From positions 1-33,659 of the forward strand of contig JBBQMV010000001.1 in NCBI GenBank assembly GCA_038329315.1: a stretch of DNA of 33,659 nt, given 5' to 3'. The DNA is from Bdellovibrionia bacterium. GTDB taxonomy: Bacteria > Bdellovibrionota > UBA1018. Shown here one piece after another: positions 16,913 to 26,003 of this stretch (the stretch's first letter is position 1; every line of letters begins with the position of its first letter). The notes under the pieces are model-generated. The model worked only from the letters and a program-made list of their open reading frames with translations, did no database searches and had not been told where the DNA came from. The position numbers and the translations under genes are program-made.

Positions 16913-17467
16913 ATGAAAAACATTAACCTTGCTCGCACTTCGTTAGTCGCATTCCTCGCGCTCAGCGCGTGTATCCAACCCTCATCGACGAACGCGAAAG
17001 CTTCGCGCGCCCAAACAGCGGGGCCGCAGACGATCGCAGATACCTCCACGAAAGATCCAAAAAATTCACCCGCTACGAAGGATAAAACGACCGTCGCCAC
17101 CGCATGCACGACGACGGACGGTAACACAGCCCTCGCCCAAATCGGTGAGGGTGGCGATGCTCTCTTCCAAATCCTAATGACCGATCCGAACGACCTCACT
17201 ACGGTACGTAATCGCGCCGAAAGTCTCCTCACCCTCGAAACGGAGTATTCCGCGAACTTCATCGAGAGTTGTGCGGCAACCGGATTGACTGATGAAAACA
17301 CGTCCGCTCGGATCCAGAAACTGACCGCCCTTTCGACGGAAACGGACGCGGTCGTGATCCATACACTCGCATCCCAGATTTGGGATCTCTTTAATCCAAA
17401 TATTTCAATTCAAAGCGACGGCGGCACAAGCTCACCAAATCCATTCGCTGAACCGGCGACCCCTTAG
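16913..17467 (+). CDS. hypothetical lipoprotein
   Basis: MKNINLARTSLVAFLALSAC with the lipobox LSAC. ATG at 16913; the track starts two codons earlier at a TTG. A Thr/Ser-rich linker is followed by a helical region. Confidence 0.6.
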   Translation: MKNINLARTSLVAFLALSACIQPSSTNAKASRAQTAGPQTIADTSTKDPKNSPATKDKTTVATACTTTDGNTALAQIGEGGDALFQILMTDPNDLTTVRNRAESLLTLETEYSANFIESCAATGLTDENTSARIQKLTALSTETDAVVIHTLASQIWDLFNPNISIQSDGGTSSPNPFAEPATP

Positions 17468-17479
17468 TCCCGGAGCAAA

Positions 17480-17830
17480 TTAAGCGAAAGTCGCCTTCAT
17501 CTTCTCGCCACCAAGAATGTGGAGGTGAAGGTGAAATACGGTTTGGCCCCCGTCGACGCCGGTATTGATGACCGAGCGGAACCCGCCGGAAAGTAGCCCT
17601 TCCTTCTTTGCGAGCGCGTTCGCAGCCGCGAAGAGATTTCCGACGACGTTTCGGCCTTCAAGATCGTTTTCGAAAAGCGGTATGAGCGAATCGACATGCT
17701 TCTTGGGAATGACCAGAAAATGCTGCTTCGTCTGCGGGTTGAGGTCCCGAATGACGATCGAGTTCTCGTCTTCGTAGACGCGTGGCGAAGGAATCTTTCC
17801 ATCGACGATCTTACAGAAAATGCAGTCCAT
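17480..17830 (-). CDS. HIT (histidine triad) family nucleotide hydrolase
   Basis: CIFCKI N-terminus and the histidine triad HLHLHILGG. 116 aa. Confidence 0.9.
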   Translation of the reverse strand: MDCIFCKIVDGKIPSPRVYEDENSIVIRDLNPQTKQHFLVIPKKHVDSLIPLFENDLEGRNVVGNLFAAANALAKKEGLLSGGFRSVINTGVDGGQTVFHLHLHILGGEKMKATFA

Positions 17831-17834
17831 CGCC

Positions 17835-19094
17835 TTACTCCGATTCCTTTACACGCTCGATTTGGGCACCGAGGCTGCGGAGTTTCTCTTCCATACGCTC
17901 GTAACCGCGATCGAGGTGATAAATGCGGCTTACAACCGTTTCGCCTTCGGCGCAGAGTCCGCCGATCACGAGACTTGCGCTCGCGCGAAGGTCCGTCGCC
18001 ATGAGCGGTGCGGCCTTTAGCTTGTCGGTTCCCTTCACGAGAACGGAGTTTCCCCGAATCGTGAGATCACATCCGAGGCGTGTTAGTTCAGGGACGTGCA
18101 TGAAGCGGTTTTCAAAAATCGTTTCCGTGATGAGCGATGTACCGTGGGCGACGCACATCGCAGCCATGAACTGGGCTTGCATATCGGTCGGAAAACCTGG
18201 AAATGGCTGGGTCTTTACGTCCGTACCCTTACCACGACCGCGGGCCTCGAGGGTAATCGACTCGGTTCCGCGCGTGATGAGCGCGCCGGCCCCTTCGAAC
18301 TTCGCGAGCACCGATTCGAGATGATGCGGGGCAAGTCCTTCGACGATCACTTTTCCACGCGTAGCAAGGGCCGCCGCGAGAAAGGTTCCGGCTTCGATCC
18401 GATCGCCGACGACGCGGTGATTCGCGCCCGACAGCGAGTTCACGCCTTGGATATGGATACTCTCCGTACCTTCACCGGAAATTTTTGCACCCATCGTTCG
18501 GAGCGCAATCGCAAGATCGACAATCTCCGGCTCTTTTGCGCAATTTTCGAGGATCGTTTCTCCGTCCGCTAGGCAAGCGGCCATCATCGCGTTCTCGGTA
18601 GCGCCGACGGATGGAAATTCGAACGCGACTCGGTTTCCCTTGAGGCGCTTCGCTTCGGCGATCACGTATCCGCCGTCGAGGGTGATCTTCGCACCGAGTT
18701 TTTCGAGCGCGAAGAGATGCAGATCGATCGGGCGGGCTCCAATGGCGCAACCCCCAGGAAGACTAACCTTCGCCTTCCCTTCGCGCGCAAGCAGTGGTCC
18801 GAGAACAAGGATCGAAGCGCGCATCTTTCGCACGAGATCATAAGGCGCGTCGACGGTATCGATCTTCGCCGCGTCGAGCGTCATCACCCCCTTTTCGAAG
18901 GAACTCTTTAGCCCGAGGTGATTCAGAACGAGTTCAGTCGTTTTGATGTCCTGGAGATCGGGCACCCGCTCGAACCGACTTTTTCCGGATCCGAGAATCG
19001 CCGAAATTAGAATCGGGAGCGAGGCGTTCTTCGCACCGCTGACTTGGACGGTTCCGTTTAATGCTTTTCCGCCGTTAATTTTAAGTTTGTCCAT
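17835..19094 (-). CDS. murA: UDP-N-acetylglucosamine 1-carboxyvinyltransferase
   Basis: Whole-length MurA (MDKLKINGG..L.G.V.VSGAKNA, active-site PGGCAIGARPIDLH). 419 aa. Confidence 0.95.
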   Translation of the reverse strand: MDKLKINGGKALNGTVQVSGAKNASLPILISAILGSGKSRFERVPDLQDIKTTELVLNHLGLKSSFEKGVMTLDAAKIDTVDAPYDLVRKMRASILVLGPLLAREGKAKVSLPGGCAIGARPIDLHLFALEKLGAKITLDGGYVIAEAKRLKGNRVAFEFPSVGATENAMMAACLADGETILENCAKEPEIVDLAIALRTMGAKISGEGTESIHIQGVNSLSGANHRVVGDRIEAGTFLAAALATRGKVIVEGLAPHHLESVLAKFEGAGALITRGTESITLEARGRGKGTDVKTQPFPGFPTDMQAQFMAAMCVAHGTSLITETIFENRFMHVPELTRLGCDLTIRGNSVLVKGTDKLKAAPLMATDLRASASLVIGGLCAEGETVVSRIYHLDRGYERMEEKLRSLGAQIERVKESE

Positions 19095-19116
19095 AATCTG
19101 TCTTTCCGTTTGGCCT

Positions 19117-20073
19117 TCAGTTTAAAACTGAAATCCCTTTCCATTCCGCGCGCAGCACCCGCGGGCGCTCGTTCAGATCGCGATAACCTTCGACTTTCCA
19201 GTCCGGTCCGAAAAGCGCGCCAATCCGGTCGATGCGCTCGTGCGGACATTCAAAAAAAACGTATCCCGAAGGTTTTAAGAACGCTTCGGCGCCCTCGAGA
19301 ATCTTCCGGTAAAAATAAAGCGGGTCGCCCTCCGGCGCAAATAGAGCCGTTCTCGGTTCGTGGGCAAGAACGTCCGCGTCGACTTCCGAGGTTCCCACGA
19401 GGTACGGGGGGTTACTCACTATAAAATCGGCCCGACCGGCTTTAAGCCAAGATGCGTTTTCGAAGGCGTCGTAGACGTCTTGATCCGCTTGGGCCAAACG
19501 AAGGTCTAAACGGTCCCCGAAACCGTCTCCAATAATCTTCGTCGCGTTTCGGCGGGTTACCTCGAGCGCACCCGCCGAGATGTCGGAAGCAATCATCTTT
19601 AATGTCGGAAAAAGCTTTAGGAGCTCAAGCGAAATACACCCCGAACCGACGCCGATTTCGATTCCCACCTTAGGCTGCTCGAATTGGCGCTTTAACGTTT
19701 GGGTCACTTCGTAGACGAGAATTTCAGTTTCCGGACGCGGGATGAGCACGGATGAATTCACTTCGTATTCGTGATTCAGAAAATATTGATACCCGACGAG
19801 GTACTGAAGCGGTTCGCCCCTCGCCCGACGTCCGGCCATTTCGATAAGAAACTCACCCGCTTCAGACGGAAATGGATCCATCACGCGTACATAAAGGTCA
19901 TTTCGCCCGAAGGTCCGCCCACGACCACTGGCTTTCCGGTACGCCCCGATCACGAGCTGCTCGGATTCGGTTTCTACCAATCCTCGTTCCGCCAGCACGG
20001 ACGAGGTCCGGAGAATGATCGCCGTCATTTTGATTGCGTCTTCGAACGTGGAGGGAAGCATTTGGCCGCTCAT
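19117..20073 (-). CDS. prmC: peptide chain release factor N5-glutamine methyltransferase
   Basis: SAM-binding GVGSGCI motif and the catalytic IVSNPPY motif. ATGA overlap with the prfA stop (20070-20073). Confidence 0.9.
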   Translation of the reverse strand: MSGQMLPSTFEDAIKMTAIILRTSSVLAERGLVETESEQLVIGAYRKASGRGRTFGRNDLYVRVMDPFPSEAGEFLIEMAGRRARGEPLQYLVGYQYFLNHEYEVNSSVLIPRPETEILVYEVTQTLKRQFEQPKVGIEIGVGSGCISLELLKLFPTLKMIASDISAGALEVTRRNATKIIGDGFGDRLDLRLAQADQDVYDAFENASWLKAGRADFIVSNPPYLVGTSEVDADVLAHEPRTALFAPEGDPLYFYRKILEGAEAFLKPSGYVFFECPHERIDRIGALFGPDWKVEGYRDLNERPRVLRAEWKGISVLN

Positions 20074-21149
20074 GCGCCGCCGCCGAATCCTTCGGCCTTC
20101 AGAAGTTCCATTTGGTAGTGGCGTTGGAGGGCGTCGAGAACTTCTTCGATCTTGCCCTCCATGAAATCAGGGAGCTGGTGAATTGTAAGCCCGATTCGGT
20201 GATCGGAGAGACGTCCCTGCGGAAAATTATACGTTCGAATCCGCTCGGAACGGTCGCCCGTACCGACCATGTCTTTCCGAAGGTCCGAGTGTTCTTTTGC
20301 GGCCTTCGACTGGACTTGTTCAAGAAGGCGCGATTTCAGAATCTTCATCGCCTTTCCCTTGTTTTTCAGCTGCGATCGTTCGTCCTGACAAACGACGACG
20401 AGCCCCGATGGTAAGTGGGTGATCCGTACGGCCGAGTCAGTCGTGTTCACGCCCTGGCCGCCGGCGCCACCCGACCGGAAAACGTCAATACGGAGTTCGG
20501 TGGGATTAATCGTGACGTCGACATCTTCGGCTTCGGGAAGGATCGCGACCGTGACCGTAGAGGTATGAACCCGGCCCTGGGTTTCGGTCGCGGGCACGCG
20601 CTGCACCCGGTGAACGCCCGCTTCGTATTTCAGCCGGGAATATACGCGGTTCCCGGTCACCATCGCGATAATTTCTTTCACGCCGCCTGCTTCGTTCGGA
20701 CTCATCGACATCAGCTCGACATTCCAACGCTGTTTCTGGGCGAAACGCTCGTACATCCGAAAGACTTCCGCCGCAAAAAGGCCCGCCTCATCTCCTCCCG
20801 CGCCCGCGCGTACTTCGAGGAGAATGTTCTTTTCGTCATTCGGATCTTTCGGAAGGAGCAGGAACTGGAGTTCCTCGGTGACGGTAGCGAGCTCCGGTTC
20901 GATCCGCTTAATTTCTTCCTTCGCCATATCCGACATTTCTTTATCGGAGTCGAAGATCAGTTCTTTGTTAGAAGCGAGTTCGTCTTTCAGCACTCGGTAC
21001 TTCCGGTACTCGCGTACGATTTCGCCGAGGTGGGAATGCTCCTGTGAAAGCTTACGTAATTCATCCGGCTTCCCGGCGAGGGAAGGATCTGAAAGACGGG
21101 ATTCGACTTCGAGAAAGCGGGCTTCGACCGCTTCGAGTTTATCAAACAC
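20070..21149 (-). CDS. prfA: peptide chain release factor 1
   Basis: Whole-length RF1, with the GGQ motif SGGAGGQGVNTTDSAVRITH and a PxT-type anticodon region (RVPATETQGR). Confidence 0.97.
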   Translation of the reverse strand: MFDKLEAVEARFLEVESRLSDPSLAGKPDELRKLSQEHSHLGEIVREYRKYRVLKDELASNKELIFDSDKEMSDMAKEEIKRIEPELATVTEELQFLLLPKDPNDEKNILLEVRAGAGGDEAGLFAAEVFRMYERFAQKQRWNVELMSMSPNEAGGVKEIIAMVTGNRVYSRLKYEAGVHRVQRVPATETQGRVHTSTVTVAILPEAEDVDVTINPTELRIDVFRSGGAGGQGVNTTDSAVRITHLPSGLVVVCQDERSQLKNKGKAMKILKSRLLEQVQSKAAKEHSDLRKDMVGTGDRSERIRTYNFPQGRLSDHRIGLTIHQLPDFMEGKIEEVLDALQRHYQMELLKAEGFGGGA

Positions 21150-21158
21150 GAACGTTCC

Positions 21159-22256
21159 CTACGCTTCCGGGAACTCGGCCATCGGCACGGGTTGATAGAA
21201 AAGTTCGGCGAGTTTATCGACTTCGAACCCGCTTTTCGGTGATTCGATACTTTTTTCGAGGCGCAAACACTGGCGAAGCGAAGCGAGCGCGACTTCGAGC
21301 TGGGAGTCGTCGGGTTCGATCGTCGTGAGCTTTTGGAGAAGCATTCCTGGCGCGATTACCGCCCGAAAAAATGCGTTATCCATCCGGCAAGCGCAGATCT
21401 TAATCACCTCGTAGGCGAGTCCCGCGACCGGGAACATCAGCACCATCTTCGCGACGATCATGCCGAGGTGATTCTTCCAAGCCGTATCGCTGAAGTTCGT
21501 AAGTCCGAGCAGCGGAAGAAGGATACTGAACATGACGATCGAAATCAGAACGAGAAAAAGGAGAAAACTCGTTCCGCAGCGCGGATGGAGCGTCGAATGT
21601 TTTCGGGCATTTTCGACGGTAAGTTCTTCTCCGGCTTCGAATGCATAAATCGATTTGTGTTCGGCGCCGTGGTACTGAAACACGCGGCGAATTTCCGGCA
21701 TCCGCGAGATCAACCAAACGTAACCGAGCAGGATCACCATCTTAAAACATCCGTCGATCAGATGAAAAATAGGACTCTTCGCTGAAATCCCGAGGAACCG
21801 ATCCGAGGTGAGAACGGCGGTGATCGCATGCGGAAGCGCGACGAAAAGAAGAAGCCCCATACCAAAGGCAAAAACCATCGAGGTGATGACTTCAGTTTTG
21901 GAAATTTTTTCGGGCTTTCCGCTCTCGGCACCCGGAGTCTCTCCACCGATTTCGGCGGAAAACGAAAGCGCGCTCATTCCCTGGACCATCGATTCGACGA
22001 GAATCACTACGCCGCGAATAAGAGGCTTCGCCAGCAGTGGATGCCGACGAAGGATGGTCGAGTACGGGTCGTGCTTGATGACGATCTTTTTCGATTCCAT
22101 ACGGCGTACGGCGACAGAAACGAAGTTCGGCGAACGCATCATCACACCCTCGAGCACGGCTTGGCCGCCGATGCTCGTAAACTGCTTTCCGGATGGAGAT
22201 GAAGCTGCGATTACGCCCATACTCAGTGCGGAGGCGAAGCCGGACGGCTTGGCCAA
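21159..22256 (-). CDS. DUF1385 (YqhQ-like) membrane protein
   Basis: Hallmark N-terminal GGQAVLEGVMMRSP, followed by several TM helices and the HGAEHK motif (YHGAEHKSI). It occupies the conserved position upstream of prfA/prmC. Confidence 0.85.
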   Translation of the reverse strand: MAKPSGFASALSMGVIAASSPSGKQFTSIGGQAVLEGVMMRSPNFVSVAVRRMESKKIVIKHDPYSTILRRHPLLAKPLIRGVVILVESMVQGMSALSFSAEIGGETPGAESGKPEKISKTEVITSMVFAFGMGLLLFVALPHAITAVLTSDRFLGISAKSPIFHLIDGCFKMVILLGYVWLISRMPEIRRVFQYHGAEHKSIYAFEAGEELTVENARKHSTLHPRCGTSFLLFLVLISIVMFSILLPLLGLTNFSDTAWKNHLGMIVAKMVLMFPVAGLAYEVIKICACRMDNAFFRAVIAPGMLLQKLTTIEPDDSQLEVALASLRQCLRLEKSIESPKSGFEVDKLAELFYQPVPMAEFPEA

Positions 22257-22273
22257 CCCTTTCTATATGCGGC

Positions 22274-23521
22274 TTAGCCGCTCATTCCCTTAATAAACTC
22301 GTCGTTCGTCTTCGAGTTCGTAATCTTATCGAGCAGAAACTCCATGGCGTCGAGCGTATTCATCGGGTGGAGCACTTTCCGGAGGATCCAAAGCCGATTC
22401 AAGGTCTCCTTCGGAATCAGGAGTTCTTCCTTACGCGTAGCGGACTTGTTGATGTCCAAACACGGGAAAATCCGCTTCTCCATGAGCTTCCGGTCGAGGT
22501 GAATTTCGGAGTTCCCCGTTCCCTTGAACTCTTCGAAAATGACTTCGTCCATCCGCGATCCGGTATCGACGAGAGAAGTCGCGATGATCGTAAGTGATCC
22601 GCCCTCTTCTACGTTCCGGGCGGCTCCGAAAAACCGTTTTGGTTTATGGAGCGCGTTCGAGTCGACCCCACCGGAGAGAATTTTTCCGGAAGGGGGGACG
22701 ACGGCGTTGTAAGCGCGAGCGAGACGCGTAATCGAGTCGAGAAGGATCACGACGTCATATTTGTTCTCGACGAGGCGCTTCGCCTTTTCGATGACCATTT
22801 CGGCGACTTGAACGTGTCGCGACGCTTGTTCGTCGAAAGTCGACGACACGACTTCTCCCTTCACCGAGCGCTGCATATCCGTGACTTCTTCCGGGCGTTC
22901 GTCGATGAGGAGGACAATCAGCTTAATTTCCGGGTGATTTGTCGTAATCGCGTTCGCGATATCCTGCATGAGGACCGTCTTACCCGCGCGCGGTGGCGCG
23001 ACGATCAAGCAGCGCTGACCTTTTCCGAGTGGGACCAACATGTCGATGATCCGGGTCGCGTAGTTATTCTGTTGGTACTCGAGTTTAATTTTCGTCGTCG
23101 GATAAAGCGGAGTGAGGTTATCGAAGAGAACCTTCTCGGCGTTAATTTCCGGAGCCTGGAAGTTTACTTGTTCGACCTTTAAAAGAGCGAAGTACCGCTC
23201 GCCTTCCTTCGGTGCGCGAACCGAGCCGTTGACCGTATCGCCGGTACGAAGTCCGAAGCGGCGGATCTGGGACGGCGAAACATAAACGTCGTCGGGCCCC
23301 GGAAGGTAGTTATAGTCGGGGGCACGAAGGAACCCGAATCCGTCGGGGAGACATTCGAGTACGCCGTCGGCGAAAATGTGCTCGTCCTTCTCCGACTTCT
23401 TCTGAAGAATCGCGAAAATCAGGTCTTGTTTGCGAAGGCCGGCGCCGTTTTCGATGCCAAGTTCCTTACCGATCTCGACGAGGTCCGCGATCTTTTTCTC
23501 TTTTAGTTCACGAAGATGCAT
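22274..23521 (-). CDS. rho: transcription termination factor Rho
   Basis: Whole-length Rho ([14 protein letters not shown]..., an OB-fold RNA-binding region, Walker A APPRAGKT). 415 aa. Confidence 0.97.
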   Translation of the reverse strand: MHLRELKEKKIADLVEIGKELGIENGAGLRKQDLIFAILQKKSEKDEHIFADGVLECLPDGFGFLRAPDYNYLPGPDDVYVSPSQIRRFGLRTGDTVNGSVRAPKEGERYFALLKVEQVNFQAPEINAEKVLFDNLTPLYPTTKIKLEYQQNNYATRIIDMLVPLGKGQRCLIVAPPRAGKTVLMQDIANAITTNHPEIKLIVLLIDERPEEVTDMQRSVKGEVVSSTFDEQASRHVQVAEMVIEKAKRLVENKYDVVILLDSITRLARAYNAVVPPSGKILSGGVDSNALHKPKRFFGAARNVEEGGSLTIIATSLVDTGSRMDEVIFEEFKGTGNSEIHLDRKLMEKRIFPCLDINKSATRKEELLIPKETLNRLWILRKVLHPMNTLDAMEFLLDKITNSKTNDEFIKGMSG

Positions 23522-23548
23522 GACTTCCCTTTATAGAATTATAATTTT

Positions 23549-23572
23549 GGGGGGAGGAGGAGGTGGGGTTGG
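23549..23572 (-). promoter_or_regulatory. G-free C-rich tract in the presumed rho leader (rut-like); G-rich on the plus strand
   Basis: The minus strand reads CCAACCCCACCTCCTCCTCCCCCC (18 C, 0 G in 24 nt), 28-51 nt upstream of the rho ATG. Confidence 0.3.
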
Positions 23573-23719
23573 ACGGGATGCTTTAAGCCTACTCGGTTCG
23601 CCCAAAGATTCAACGGCTTCTTGGCTACCCACGGGGCACATATTAACTCGCCCCGTCAGCGAACCGTCACCGGGAACAAAGGCTTTTCGCTCCGGGCCTG
23701 AGCGTTTACCATAGTTTTT

Positions 23720-24826
23720 ATGCGCTCAGATTCAGGCTCGGTGAAGGTCACCCTCGCGATCACGACACTCGTACTCGTCGCCGTCCTCTTCGCGGGTCTT
23801 GGTTTCTTTTTTCGAACGGCACTTCAAGCTTACCAACCGCAGAACACCACGCGAGTCGTGATCGAAGTCGATCGCGGAAAAGGTCCACCGTCGATTTCGC
23901 GCCAACTCGAGGCGATGCAAATCGTTCGTGACCAACGCATTTTTCTCTACTACGGAAAAATTCGCGGAAGTTGGGCCAAGATCAAGGCCGGTGAATACGA
24001 ACTTTCCCCTTCGATGACGCCGGCCCAAATTTTCGACATCTTCGCCTCTGGCATCAGCATTTCGCGGCCCTTCCTCGTTCGTGAAGGTGAAAATATTTAC
24101 GAAGTCGCGGACTCGATTCAAGCGAAGGGCTTCGGCACGAAAGAACATTTCTTAATGCTCGCGCGCGACCCGACCTTCATCGCGAGCCTCGCGCTCGATC
24201 CACCGCCGAAGACCCTTGAAGGTTATCTCTTTCCAGACACCTACCTGCTCCAACGGAAGATGACCCAGGAAGAAATCCTCCGCGCGATGGTGAAACGATT
24301 CGCCTCGGCCTGGGGCCCGAACGAGGAGCTGAAGGCCAAAGAAATCGGGCTCACGCGTGACCAGGTGATTACGCTCGCCTCAATGGTCGAAAAGGAAACC
24401 GGCGCGCCAGAAGAACGGCCAATGATTTCCGGAGTCTTTCACAACCGCCTGGTGAAGAAGATGAAGCTCCAGAGTGATCCGACCACGATCTACGGGATCT
24501 GGAGCCGCTATCACGGAAATCTCCATCGGTCGGATCTCAGCGATCCGAGCCCGTATAACACCTATTACATCGCCGCCCTTCCGGTCGGACCGATCTCGAA
24601 TCCGGGCGTCGAAGCGATCAACGCGGCACTTAATCCGGCCGTTCACCACTACCTCTATTTCGTTTCGAAAAACGACGGTACACATATCTTCACCGCGACC
24701 TACGAAGACCACGTGAAAGCAGTCGGAAAATTCCAGCTCGACGCGAAGGCGCGCGAGGGGAAGAGCTGGCGGGATCTTAAGAAGAACGCGCCGACGACCG
24801 CGAATAAAGCCGCGAAAAACCCATAA
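23720..24826 (+). CDS. mltG: endolytic murein transglycosylase MltG (YceG-like)
   Basis: N-terminal TM helix, YceG-domain motifs (EGYLFPDTY, ASMVEKETG, SDPT..YG) and an NTY... segment. Confidence 0.9.
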   Translation: MRSDSGSVKVTLAITTLVLVAVLFAGLGFFFRTALQAYQPQNTTRVVIEVDRGKGPPSISRQLEAMQIVRDQRIFLYYGKIRGSWAKIKAGEYELSPSMTPAQIFDIFASGISISRPFLVREGENIYEVADSIQAKGFGTKEHFLMLARDPTFIASLALDPPPKTLEGYLFPDTYLLQRKMTQEEILRAMVKRFASAWGPNEELKAKEIGLTRDQVITLASMVEKETGAPEERPMISGVFHNRLVKKMKLQSDPTTIYGIWSRYHGNLHRSDLSDPSPYNTYYIAALPVGPISNPGVEAINAALNPAVHHYLYFVSKNDGTHIFTATYEDHVKAVGKFQLDAKAREGKSWRDLKKNAPTTANKAAKNP

Positions 24827-26003
24827 TTACCACGACGAGATGGACCCAGAAGAATGGGGAAACAGCCTCGATCCAAGCGGCCGGTCGTGCGCCGACGAAG
24901 TCGAGACTCGTAAAGGCCAATATTATTCCGAGCGAAAGCGAGGGGTAAAAGATTTGAGCCTGAAAGCGTCTATCTTCGGCCGCTTCACCGAACAGAACCG
25001 CCAAAAGCGGAATCCCGAGAACGAAATAGGATTTCCAAATGAGATGCGCGGGAAGAAAACAAAGCGCTAACCCAAGCGCGCCGACGAGTCGACGACGTGC
25101 CGGATCTTCTTCCTTTCGCACCGCCAGAACTCCGAGTGATCCTAGAACAATCGTCGAAAAGAAAATCCAAATTACCCGCGTCGCCGCGATCGAAAGCGCG
25201 ATGCCCGAAAACCGAATCGCCTCACCACCCATTCCGAGGGAATAAAATGGCTCGCCCCCAAATACGCGAACTAGTGTCGCGAGTAGGGATTGATTATGCG
25301 TATCCGTCGGGAGTCCTTTGCGTGCGAGCGCATCAAGCCACGCGGGATAAACTCCGGTCAGTAAGAGGGGTGGGAGAAGGAGCAGAGCCGCACCGACGCT
25401 CGCACCAGAAAGCGCAGCGAATGACGAACGACGTCCAACACGATTTTTTTGAAAAAAACCGACAACCGGAAAAAGGAAGAGTGCGAGTGGATAAATTTTC
25501 GCAAACGCAGCAACCCCGAAGATGAACCACGACGCCCCAAGCGCACGGCGAGAAGCCCAGGTGTCTGTCCGCTCAAACCAAGTGAGAAGCGCCCAAACCG
25601 CCGCGGCGAGAATTAGAAGATTCACCTGACCGTAGCGAAGATCGATCGCAATCGGTCGCACGGAAAAGAGAACCGCGAGCATCACAGGAACCGCACCCAC
25701 CCGTTTCGAAAGCGCCCGCATCGCCGCAACGAAAGCTACGATCGTCGCAAAGAGCCAAATCGCGAGCGCCGGCGTTTCGGGAACTGCGGAGAGTGGGCTC
25801 ATAAAAAACGCGAATCCCGGGGCGTAAAGGAAACGATCGGGGCCTTCAGTATAGAGGGCAGCCGTTCGCCCCTCGAGTACGAGGTGTCCCGCAAAGTGGA
25901 AAACTCGGAAATCTTGTCCTCCGCGCGAGAATCCGTTCCAGAGCGCCCAAATGAATACGAATCCGAGCAGCGCGAAGAGAATCGGCTTTAGGCGTGCGCG
26001 CAT
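24777..26003 (-). CDS. polytopic membrane glycosyltransferase-like protein (GT87/DUF2029-like)
   Basis: ~11 predicted TM segments. N-terminal region ...GGQDFRVFHFAGHLVLEGRTAALY... is typical of DUF2029/GT-C-type enzymes. The functional call is tentative. Confidence 0.55.
   Translation of the reverse strand: MRARLKPILFALLGFVFIWALWNGFSRGGQDFRVFHFAGHLVLEGRTAALYTEGPDRFLYAPGFAFFMSPLSAVPETPALAIWLFATIVAFVAAMRALSKRVGAVPVMLAVLFSVRPIAIDLRYGQVNLLILAAAVWALLTWFERTDTWASRRALGASWFIFGVAAFAKIYPLALFLFPVVGFFQKNRVGRRSSFAALSGASVGAALLLLPPLLLTGVYPAWLDALARKGLPTDTHNQSLLATLVRVFGGEPFYSLGMGGEAIRFSGIALSIAATRVIWIFFSTIVLGSLGVLAVRKEEDPARRRLVGALGLALCFLPAHLIWKSYFVLGIPLLAVLFGEAAEDRRFQAQIFYPSLSLGIILAFTSLDFVGARPAAWIEAVSPFFWVHLVVVIMGFSRLYSRSSARSS

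Noticed and set aside
19251-19259. A8 (T8 on the coding strand) homopolymer inside prmC, as a possible phase-variation tract
   Set aside because: It encodes an ordinary Phe-Phe in a housekeeping gene. The tract is short, and nothing suggests contingency-locus behaviour.
23595-23665. Possible tRNA gene (71 nt with a 7-bp closing stem)
   Set aside because: Neither strand has U8, A14, G18-G19 or a GTTCRA T-loop, and the internal arms have the wrong lengths. It is kept only as an unclassified structure.
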